64,000 nt of DNA from the NCBI GenBank assembly GCA_965215335.1, contig CBDCDA010000001.1, forward strand, positions 544,001-608,000, read 5' to 3'. The position numbers were made by a program, and so were the translations under genes. Below are positions 19,495 through 27,614 of this stretch, in pieces (positions within the stretch are counted from its first letter, which is position 1; the number at the start of each line of letters is the position of its first letter). The notes under the pieces are model-generated. The model ran no database searches, was not told the origin of the DNA, and saw only the letters and a program-made list of their open reading frames with translations. The DNA is from an uncultured Candidatus Entotheonella sp. GTDB taxonomy: Bacteria; Tectomicrobia; Entotheonellia; Entotheonellales; Entotheonellaceae.

Positions 19495-20371
19495 GAGTCT
19501 GATCCATAAGTGGTGAGTGGTCCCGACATGTGGTATTCCAAGTTGATAGCAACATTAGACTTGGAGGACCCATGCCTTGGAATAGGACCACTCGCAAGGA
19601 TTATACACGTGACGGCGGACGCTACGAAAGCGACGTGACAGACGAGGAATGGGCGATCATCGAACCCATGATCCCCAAGCAGGGACGTCTGGGGCGTCCA
19701 CGCAAGACAGACCCGCGCGAGGTCTTCAATGCTATCCAGTATGTGCTGGCCACGGGATGCCAGTGGCGGGTGCTACCGCGAGACTTTCCACCCCATTCGA
19801 CGGTCATGAAGGACTTCTACAGGTGGCAAGGCAGCGGTGTGTTCGACCGTATGATGGATGCGCTTCGTGAGCTTGCGCGGACTGAGGTGGGCCGCCGGGT
19901 CGAGCCGACGGCGGCGATTATCGACAGCCAGAGTGTGAAGACAACAGAGAGCGGCGGGCTACGCGGTTATGACGGCGGCAAGAAGGTTGTGGGCCGCAAG
20001 CGCCATCTGGCGGTTGATGTCGAAGGCTCTCCGATCGTGGTGGATGTCCACGCGGCGTCAGTGCAGGACCGGGACGGTGCGCCGGCTGTGATCATGGCGC
20101 TCCTGGATGTGGCTGTGTGCGTCGAGAAGCTCTTTGCCGATAGTGCCTATGCGGGTCCGAAGCTCCAGGATGCATTGAAGGAATTGGGTGTATCGGAGTT
20201 GATAGAGATCGTGCCCAAGCCTAAGGGGGTCAAGGGGTTTACGGTTTTGTCGCGTCGTTGGGTGGTGGAACGAACGTTCGCGTGGATGGGTCGTTGCCGT
20301 CGTCTGGCCAAGGATGTGGAGCGGACCCTGGCAAGTTCTCTGGCTTGGGTCAAGCTGGCCGGATGCCGGTT
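19495..20371 (+). mobile_element. IS5-family (IS1031-like) element, right end lost
   Basis: Left end TAA|GAGTCTGATCCATAAG. Transposase from ATG 19572: YESDVTDEEW, GCQWR.LP.DFPP, IIDSQSVKT, GRKRH, ADSAY, RWVVERTFAW. Cut off after AGCRF. Confidence 0.9.
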
Positions 20372-20430
20372 CAGGGTAAGCGCATATGAGTATTGCCATG
20401 CGTCTGGTTCCAGCAGTTCCTCGAGTTACC
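20372..20430 (-). mobile_element. Remnant right end of an ISAs1-like element
   Basis: CAGGGTAAGCGCATATGAG(T)ATTGCC matches the MITE end at about 54509-54534. Minus strand reads LEELLEPDAWQYSYALTL into the IR; CAGGG termini are typical of ISAs1. Confidence 0.6.
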
Positions 20431-20449
20431 CCTTGACATTCCGTCGCGG

Positions 20450-21475
20450 TAAGGGCTCGACCAAACCACCCTCGTCGGATTCACCCTTCCAAAGACCTGT
20501 CAGCAAGCAAGACAAGCCCCCAGGCAAACGGGGCGCACGAATGGGCCATCCTGGGTCAGGCTCCAGATTGCTCCGTCCCACCGAGCGGCGGGCCATCCAT
20601 CCCGGACCTTGTGCCTGCGGCCAGGGCGTACCTGGCCAGACAGCGCCGTATCACCTCCATCAGGTCATGGAGTTGCCACCCATGGCGTTGCACGTCACCC
20701 ACTGGGTCTTGCACCAAGGCCGATGTTCAGGCTGTGGCCGGCTGCTCAAGGCCCGCCTCCCCAAGGCGCAGCAAACCGGCTATGGCCCGCGTCTGACGGC
20801 CTTGATTGGCGAACTCAGTGCCATGCACCGCATCTCCCGGCGCGGCGTCCAGGATTTCTGTCGCTCGGTGTTGGGTGCGCCAATCAGCCTGGGGGCGATT
20901 CAGCGTCTCATCGACCGTGCCTCCCTGGCTATTGTGCCGCACGATGCGGCCATTGCTCGCTTGGCCCGCAAGGCACGGGTGGGCTACGTTGACGAGACGC
21001 CCTGGTACTGCCGCCATGCCTTGCAATGGCTCTGGAGCATGGTCACGGATACCGTCGCCCTGTACCGTATTCATTCCAAGCGTTCGCAGGAAGCCTTCGG
21101 GTCTTTGATCAAGGATTGGCGCGGCATCCTGGTCAGTGACGGCTACGGGGTGTATCAAGCCTGGGGCAATGCTCGTCAGACCTGCTTGGCGCATCTCATT
21201 CGCCGTGCCCGGGAGTTGTCGCAGCGACAGGTTCCTGGCCTTGCTGCCTGTGGCAAGGCGGTCTTGCAGGAACTCCAGCGTTTGTGTCAGATGGCTCACG
21301 CGCCGCCAAGTGGGGGGCAATGGCAGGCATGGTATGCGCGGTTGTGTCGTCTGATGAAACGCTATGGGCTGCGCCCTTTGGTTGACGCCATTGAGGCGTT
21401 CATGCACGATCGTCCGCCTGACCTCTCTTGGCTCTACGATAACCCCTCCCATTGCACGGCCCTCTGAACGCTTAC
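20450..21475 (+). pseudogene. IS66-family TnpC transposase fragment with right IR
   Basis: KPPSSDSP, GHPG, CACG..HQV.ELP..CSGCG zinc finger, YGPRL, VDETPW, SDGY, QTCLAHLIR; N-terminus missing and internal deletion near the C-terminus; ends TGAACGCTTAC. Confidence 0.88.
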
Positions 21476-21620
21476 GCGGCAGTTCGGTTTGCGACAGCGA
21501 CTCAGGCGGTATCGACGGTTCCATTCGGGACTTCCTGAGAAGGGCAACGGGAGAGCGAAAAACGAGTGTGACCGTAGCCCATAATAGGGCCGTCATGCAA
21601 TAGATACCTGCACACTTGGC

Positions 21621-21637
21621 CCCCCCTGAACGCTTAC
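21621..21637. mobile_element. Second IS66-type terminal IR
   Basis: CCCCCCTGAACGCTTAC; repeats the IR ending at 21475. Confidence 0.7.
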
Positions 21638-21639
21638 CG

Positions 21640-21744
21640 AGGATTGGCGTCGCATCGCCACGCGCCATGACCGGTGTGCGCACCCCTTTTTCAGTGCCGT
21701 CTGCCTTGCTGCCACGGTCATCTCCTGATTATGAGTCCTGAGCC
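21640..21744 (+). mobile_element. Right-end fragment of the IS427-like IS5 element
   Basis: About 105 bp near-identical to 14223-14327; ends GAGTCCTGAGCC|TA. Confidence 0.88.
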
Positions 21745-22238
21745 TAGCCATCCAGGCCAGCGGGAAAGCGGTCCAGGAACTCGTCGACCAGACGGCGATG
21801 ATCATCACCGGATACGACCGTGCTCAGAAGTCGTTCCGCAGCGGCGAGAGCCAAATCACTGGCAGTGCGTTTCAGATCTTGCACGGCAAGCTGTCTCTCT
21901 CTTTCGAGATCCTGGCGGGTCTCTTCCCGAAGCCGCATGGAATCCTGACGCGCCTGCTCAGCAAGAGAATCACGGAGGCGTTGGCCTTCCTCCTGCGCCT
22001 GCGCGAGAATACGGTTCGCTTGCCGGTTCGCCTCAGCCAGAATCTGCTGGTTCTGAGCCATCAGTTGTTCTGCGTCAAGACGCGCCTGCTCAGCTTTTTC
22101 AAGCGACTCGCGTATCGTCGTCTCGCGTTGTTCCAGAACCCCAAGCAACGGCTTCCAGGCCAACTTGCCCAGCACGGCCAACAGAATGACGAACGTGATG
22201 ATGGTCCAGATTAACAGTCCGGGTTCTATTGTCAGCAT
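21744..22238 (-). CDS. atpF: F0F1 ATP synthase subunit b
   Basis: PGLLIWTIITFVILLAVLGKLAWKPLL..LEQRE..I, long coiled coil. Confidence 0.93.
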   Translation of the reverse strand: MLTIEPGLLIWTIITFVILLAVLGKLAWKPLLGVLEQRETTIRESLEKAEQARLDAEQLMAQNQQILAEANRQANRILAQAQEEGQRLRDSLAEQARQDSMRLREETRQDLERERQLAVQDLKRTASDLALAAAERLLSTVVSGDDHRRLVDEFLDRFPAGLDG

Positions 22239-22247
22239 GATGTGAGC

Positions 22248-22478
22248 TTACTTGAGTGCTAAGAGAAGACAAATGACTTCACCGAAAAGCGCCACACCTT
22301 CGATCAAAGCGCACGCGATAATCATCGAAGTCCTTACATCGCCTGCCGCTTGCGGGTTGCGCGCGCTGCCTTCCATGGCCGCCCCGGCAATACGACCAAT
22401 GCCGTAAGCCGCACCAACCGTTACCGCGCCCGCTCCAAAACCCGCTGCAAGATGTCCAAGATTGACAACGTCAGCCAT
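22248..22478 (-). CDS. atpE: F0F1 ATP synthase subunit c
   Basis: GAGAVTVGAAYGIG, ARNP loop, ALIEGVALF ion-binding Glu. Confidence 0.95.
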   Translation of the reverse strand: MADVVNLGHLAAGFGAGAVTVGAAYGIGRIAGAAMEGSARNPQAAGDVRTSMIIACALIEGVALFGEVICLLLALK

Positions 22479-22630
22479 AACAACTCTCTCCTCTCTTTAC
22501 TTAACTAATGAACAGCTCCAGGCCACCGGAACAACTGCGGCAGCCTGGTGCCACGCAGCGCATCGGGGGATCCCGAATACCCGATGCGGAAATCCTTGCC
22601 GAGCATAAGGCTCCTGAACGGTGCTTCTCC

Positions 22631-23953
22631 CTAGCTTTCGCCGCTCAGGCTGGCGAGATATTCGACGATACTCTCCAGTGCCTCCAGAGTTATGTGTTGA
22701 TAAAAACCCGCACTGGTCAGCGTTGCATGCATAACCCCAGGAGCATATGGGGGGTCGGCGGCGGCAATCACCTTATCGGGATCAAGAATTGATTCCCGAA
22801 TATAACCCTTATCTTCCCTCGCGCCAATATCCCACAAACTCGGACCCAGCGTGCGTTCCGGGCCATCAAGATTGTGACAAGCCATACATCCAACCGCTTG
22901 CACCAACTCTGCACCGCTCTTTCCAACCCAGGCAGGCACATTGCTCGCGACGGCTTGTCCGTTACCCTCAGCAGCCTCGGCAAAAGACTTCTGAGGCCAA
23001 TCCACCGACGCTTCTTTCAGACTCAAAAGGAAAATGACCACATCCCGCAGATCCTCATCATTGAACCCAAAGTCAGGCATGGCAACAACCGCCGCGGCGG
23101 GAGGTGCCGCATGATCGTCGCCGTTTTTTGCAGATGCGTTGCCCGGGGTGACCACAGGTGGCGGAGCCGGGCAGGACTCGGCGGCTGCATGGCTAAGATT
23201 CGCCTGCGGGCAACGGAGAGACTCCTTGAGGTAGCCAAAGCGTTCATGGTGGAACAACTCGGAATGGCCGGACTCATTAAAGAAGATCGAGCCTGCGATG
23301 CTGAGTTCGGGTGCCTGCTTCGCGCCGCCGTCAACGATGTAATGACACGTTCGACAGCCCTTCTCTTGCACCAACTGCCAACCCTTGTTCAGGTGCTCGG
23401 CTCCGGGGATGGGGGCCTCCATCACGTTGTGGCATTTTTGACAGGAAGCCTGGGTATATTCCAATGGCAGCATGGGTCGGCTCCAGCCCGAATGCTGCTC
23501 ATCGAAGGGACCAAATCGCTCATTGAGATCTTCCATGACGTGAGCCGCATGAACGGTTGTTGCGAACCCCTGACCTTCGTGACAAACGGCGCATCCAATC
23601 TCGCTAAAGATGTGCTGCTCAAAGTCGGGATGGAGGCGGAAAGGTTGAGGCACGTCGGTCATGCTGGGATTACTCACACCAAGGTGACAGGTCATGCAGC
23701 GGTCAATGATTTGCAACTTGGGTGTCCATACCTGCTTAATTTCGAGGGGCGTGGCGAGAATCCTTTGCCTTACTGCCGGATCATCCACCCGCTCCGCCAG
23801 CAGCCGATAATATTGACGCTGATACTTCTTCCACTCTGGCCCGTACTCGTTTGTTACGGTCCACATCAGCAGCAATAGCAATGCAAAGTTACCCAGAGCA
23901 AACCCTGCTGCCATGAAGGTATTGCTAAAGAGCTTTACCCTCTTTTCCGCCAT
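22631..23953 (-). CDS. Membrane-anchored pentaheme c-type cytochrome (cyt c subunit of the Rieske/cytb complex)
   Basis: N-terminal TM; five CxxCH motifs (CMTCH, CAVCH, CQKCH, CRTCH, CMACH); start at MAEKRV after a purine-rich RBS. Confidence 0.9.
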   Translation of the reverse strand: MAEKRVKLFSNTFMAAGFALGNFALLLLLMWTVTNEYGPEWKKYQRQYYRLLAERVDDPAVRQRILATPLEIKQVWTPKLQIIDRCMTCHLGVSNPSMTDVPQPFRLHPDFEQHIFSEIGCAVCHEGQGFATTVHAAHVMEDLNERFGPFDEQHSGWSRPMLPLEYTQASCQKCHNVMEAPIPGAEHLNKGWQLVQEKGCRTCHYIVDGGAKQAPELSIAGSIFFNESGHSELFHHERFGYLKESLRCPQANLSHAAAESCPAPPPVVTPGNASAKNGDDHAAPPAAAVVAMPDFGFNDEDLRDVVIFLLSLKEASVDWPQKSFAEAAEGNGQAVASNVPAWVGKSGAELVQAVGCMACHNLDGPERTLGPSLWDIGAREDKGYIRESILDPDKVIAAADPPYAPGVMHATLTSAGFYQHITLEALESIVEYLASLSGES

Positions 23954-23984
23954 GACGCTTTCCTTTCCGAACGACACATGCTGG

Positions 23985-24809
23985 CTAGATATTCAGATTG
24001 ATCGCAGGGATTTCCAGGATATATTTGACGTTGAAGAACAACCGCAGAACCATCTTGACCGGGATGCCGAGCATGGCCAGCAACAACAGCATCTCGATCG
24101 TATAAATGGTCGCACCCCGCTTCTCGTAGAATTCTTGCAGCACGTCACAGAACTTCCTGATCCAGGAGCCGGGTTTGGCTCTTGGACCGATCAAGTAGGG
24201 AATCGCCACGGGGAGGATGAGGCCAACGGCGGTGTAGCCAATTAAGAAGAGCGAGCCCCCGACCAGGCTCCAGCTGTGGGTGACGACGTGGGATTCCTTG
24301 TGGATTTCCCAACTCTCCCAGGGCCAATACCACTGCCAACTGGGGCCGCGAAAGAAATATCCGATAATAATCAGGAGGAACCAAAACACCGTTCCCAAGG
24401 AAAACACCCACACCGCGAACTTGCGATCCTTGTAGTTATACTCGCCAATACCATGGGTATTCTTGTCGATATATGGAATGGCCATGAGGCCCCCGAGAAT
24501 AAGACCCGGCAGCACCACACCGGCTATCCATGGGTCAAAATAAACCAGCAGTTCTTGCAACCCCACGAAATACCAAGGCGCCTTGGAGGGGTTGGGTGTT
24601 CTGTTAGGGTCGGCAATCGGCTCCAATGGCGCCGGGACGACCATGGACCAAACCCACAGGACGATCGTCGTCAAAAGAAAACAGATAACGATCGTATACA
24701 TGAAGTACGGCCATGTCAGCTCAAACCTCTCCGAACTGGCTGTCGGCACCGCTCGAGCCGCCCTTCTTATGGCCTGTTCGGTCTTCCCGCTTTTTTCGGT
24801 AATTGCCAT
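23985..24809 (-). CDS. Cytochrome b C-terminal (subunit IV/PetD/QcrC-like) protein
   Basis: APLEPIADP..TPNPSKAPWYF (PEWY-equivalent), PYID, several TM helices. Confidence 0.88.
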   Translation of the reverse strand: MAITEKSGKTEQAIRRAARAVPTASSERFELTWPYFMYTIVICFLLTTIVLWVWSMVVPAPLEPIADPNRTPNPSKAPWYFVGLQELLVYFDPWIAGVVLPGLILGGLMAIPYIDKNTHGIGEYNYKDRKFAVWVFSLGTVFWFLLIIIGYFFRGPSWQWYWPWESWEIHKESHVVTHSWSLVGGSLFLIGYTAVGLILPVAIPYLIGPRAKPGSWIRKFCDVLQEFYEKRGATIYTIEMLLLLAMLGIPVKMVLRLFFNVKYILEIPAINLNI

Positions 24810-24871
24810 AACATCACCTTATTATCTGCGCAAAACGCATAATCTTCTGCCTGTCCGCCAGCCCTGACGCA

Positions 24872-25657
24872 CTATTCCCGGACCGGCACGTCGCCCGAAT
24901 AACCGTCACGACGTACACGCCAAAAATGGACCACAATAAAAATGGTCAAGATAATCGGGAAGGCGATGCAGTGCAGCACATAGAAACGCAATAGGGTCGC
25001 GGAACCAACAGTCGTACCGCCAAGCAAGGCAAAGCGGACATCATTGTTGACCTTCATGCCAATAAGATTGGCGAAAGGCCCTTCATGCCCGATGAGGGGT
25101 GTGGCTCGCGCCATGTTGGCTCCAACCGTCACGGCCCAAATCGCCAACTGGTCCCAGGGCAGCAGATACCCACTAAAACTCAGGAGGAAGGTGAAATTGA
25201 GGAGAATGACGCCTACGACCCAATTGAATTCGCGTGGCGGCTTGTAGGAACTCGTATAGAACGTGCGCGCCATGTGAACCATAACCATAAAGACCATGGC
25301 GTGGGCACCATAACGGTGCATATTGCGGAGAATGTTTCCAAACGGCACCACGTACTGCAAATCTTTCATGTCATAGTAGGCACGGGGAACGGTTGGAACA
25401 TAATAAAACATCAACAAGACGCCCGTAAAAGTCAGGATCAAGAAAAGATAAAACGTAATAATTCCGGCACCCCAGTGGAAGCGCATCCGCATGCCGTATC
25501 TGCTGATTTTCGTCGGAAGAATGTGATAGAAGACGTTGTTGGTGATTGCCAACAAACGATTGCGGCGGTTCATCGTATAACCATGCCGAAAGATGGACTT
25601 CCATACCTGACTTTCGACAATAACCTGCGGGACGTTTTTCAGGCTCAGATTTGCCAT
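24872..25657 (-). CDS. petB: Cytochrome b6-like N-terminal cytochrome b (PetB/QcrB)
   Basis: [58 protein letters not shown]. Confidence 0.92.
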   Translation of the reverse strand: MANLSLKNVPQVIVESQVWKSIFRHGYTMNRRNRLLAITNNVFYHILPTKISRYGMRMRFHWGAGIITFYLFLILTFTGVLLMFYYVPTVPRAYYDMKDLQYVVPFGNILRNMHRYGAHAMVFMVMVHMARTFYTSSYKPPREFNWVVGVILLNFTFLLSFSGYLLPWDQLAIWAVTVGANMARATPLIGHEGPFANLIGMKVNNDVRFALLGGTTVGSATLLRFYVLHCIAFPIILTIFIVVHFWRVRRDGYSGDVPVRE

Positions 25658-25870
25658 AAACCGTTCCTTTGAGCACGCGGATGTTAAATTGCCGGCCTTC
25701 TCCCGATCACGCAACGGATGGTTGCGATAGCCCTTCCGTGGAAGATGCGTATTATTGGAAATGCCCTCGTATCAGACGAAACTCGCTTCTCGAGCACACC
25801 AGGACACGATGACGGCCCGTGTGCTGCGAGAGCACGGTATGGATTGTCTGGCACGACCTAATGCAATGTC

Positions 25871-26386
25871 CTACGACAAAGGAAGGATAAAAGGCGGCTC
25901 ATCACGCCTTCCAGGCCGATTTTCCCTCAGGCTCTTGTCCACCATGATGTTCCCAGCCAAGTCCAGAGAAATGGCAGCCCGAAAAAGCGGGGTTGGCGCG
26001 GGTCCAGAAACATTCTGCCCGTCTACCAGAAAATTGCTTCCATGGCACGGGCATTTGATACGGTTTTCCGCCGAGTGCCAGATCGGCGTACAGCCAAGAT
26101 GGGTGCAGATCGATATGAGAGCGTAAATTCCTTCTTCATTACGAATCATCCAGACACGCTGCTCTTTCTTCATTCGAGTGCTGACTTCACCGACCTGATA
26201 GTCTTCCGGCTTGCCTGCTATGAATTGCTGCGAAGGTTCGTAGAGAATTCTCGGAAAGAAAAACCGTAACGACCCAATCGTGACACCGCCACAAAATGAA
26301 GCGAAGCTCCCCCATCCCAAGAAGCTGAGTAGACGCCGCCTGGTTCCCTGCTCCTCCGCTGACAAGGCCTCCGACGCTCTGGCCAT
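25871..26386 (-). CDS. petC: Rieske [2Fe-2S] subunit (PetC/QcrA)
   Basis: RRR + TM anchor; CTHLGC and CPCHGS boxes; SGPAP.PL. Confidence 0.93.
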   Translation of the reverse strand: MARASEALSAEEQGTRRRLLSFLGWGSFASFCGGVTIGSLRFFFPRILYEPSQQFIAGKPEDYQVGEVSTRMKKEQRVWMIRNEEGIYALISICTHLGCTPIWHSAENRIKCPCHGSNFLVDGQNVSGPAPTPLFRAAISLDLAGNIMVDKSLRENRPGRRDEPPFILPLS

Positions 26387-26514
26387 GAACTTCGCTCTCC
26401 TCCTTCTTACCGCCTATGATTGCCAACAGACTTCTGACGAGACTGTGCGCTGCAGAAACATGTCTCTCGATTAGTGAGGATGATATTGCTGAAACAAAGG
26501 ACTGCTGGAAAGAA

Positions 26515-26997
26515 CTACAATTTGCCGAAGTCTTCAGGTCTGATGTTGTCGAGCCACTCCTTCAAGCCTTCAGTATCTTCGGCAATATTTTGCGTGCTTA
26601 CGTCAACGCTTCCCACGCGCTCTATAACGTCTGGAGCAACATAAATCGGGGCCTTCGCGCGAAGCGCAATGGCTATTGCATCACTCGGCCTGGCGTCAAT
26701 GCAGAATTCCCGTTCTTGTAAAGATAGAAAGATCGTTGCATAAAACGTACTGTCCCGCAGGTCATTAACAACAATCCGTACAACAGAAGCGTGGATACCT
26801 TCAAGGATGTTCTTTATTAGATCGTGAGTCATCGGGCGGGGGGTTGGAACTTGCTCAAGTTCCAGGGCAATTGCGTTGGCTTCGGGGATACCAATCCAAA
26901 TAGGCAATGCTTTGGTATCTTCAAGGTCACGCAGAATAACCAGCGCCATGTTCGATAGCGGATCTAGTGTAAGGCCACGCACTTTCATCTCAAGCAT
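26515..26997 (-). CDS. Bifunctional nuclease family protein (DUF151/BFN)
   Basis: LPIWIG..EANAIA, RPMTHDL, FYATI, DARPSDAIAIALR. Confidence 0.92.
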   Translation of the reverse strand: MLEMKVRGLTLDPLSNMALVILRDLEDTKALPIWIGIPEANAIALELEQVPTPRPMTHDLIKNILEGIHASVVRIVVNDLRDSTFYATIFLSLQEREFCIDARPSDAIAIALRAKAPIYVAPDVIERVGSVDVSTQNIAEDTEGLKEWLDNIRPEDFGKL

Positions 26998-27084
26998 GCG
27001 TTTTCTCCTCGCACGAAAGCGTCTCTCCGCTGCCTTCGCTAGTCTCTAACTCTCTATAAACGCTTCACTTGCCGAGATTTGGGC

Positions 27085-27113
27085 AATATACCGAGGCCCT
27101 GTGCCTTTGTCAA
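27085..27113 (-). promoter_or_regulatory. Near-consensus sigma70 promoter upstream of the DUF151/respiratory cluster
   Basis: Minus strand TTGACA-N17-TATATT. Confidence 0.75.
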
Positions 27114-27162
27114 GCAAGGTTCCGGGCCGTCATCATTCTGCCTGGGATTGCAAGCAACGTGA

Positions 27163-27603
27163 TCATTCACAGCCCGACAGAGGATGAAATTGAGGGAGGG
27201 CAGTCCTGTTATCGATTGTCTCGAAGCCGAGCCGCACCTTGAGACCGATGTGCACCAAGCCCGGATCCGCAACTATCAGGTTGCCGAGCATTTTAACCCT
27301 GCTCTGCGACAGTTCAACGACGGCAACAACATACGGAATCTTCGGGCGCCAAGCTGGGCCGGCGAGATCCGAATGGTAAACGCAGAAAGTCAGAACTTCG
27401 CCTCGGCCGGGGTCTTCCCGCCAATTCGTCTTGGGATCTGAACACTGCGGACACAGTGGGCTCGGCGGAAAGCGAAAAGTATGGCAGGCGTCGCATTGCT
27501 GAATCAGCAGACGACGCCGCCGGCAGCCTTCCCAAAAAATCAGCGTATCCTCGTCCGGAATGGGAAGTTGCCTGCTTTCCTCGAGGCATTTCCACATCTC
27601 CAT
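27163..27603 (-). CDS. DUF35/ChsH2-like Zn-ribbon OB-fold protein
   Basis: FWEG....LLIQQCDAC..FPP..CPQC, G.GEV.TF, PYVVAVVEL, IG..V. Confidence 0.9.
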   Translation of the reverse strand: MEMWKCLEESRQLPIPDEDTLIFWEGCRRRRLLIQQCDACHTFRFPPSPLCPQCSDPKTNWREDPGRGEVLTFCVYHSDLAGPAWRPKIPYVVAVVELSQSRVKMLGNLIVADPGLVHIGLKVRLGFETIDNRTALPQFHPLSGCE

Positions 27604-27614
27604 ATGCGCCGTCC

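Noticed and set aside
25848..25866. Sigma54-like TGGCACG...TGC
   Set aside because: GG-to-GC spacing is one base off consensus and it points opposite to the operon.
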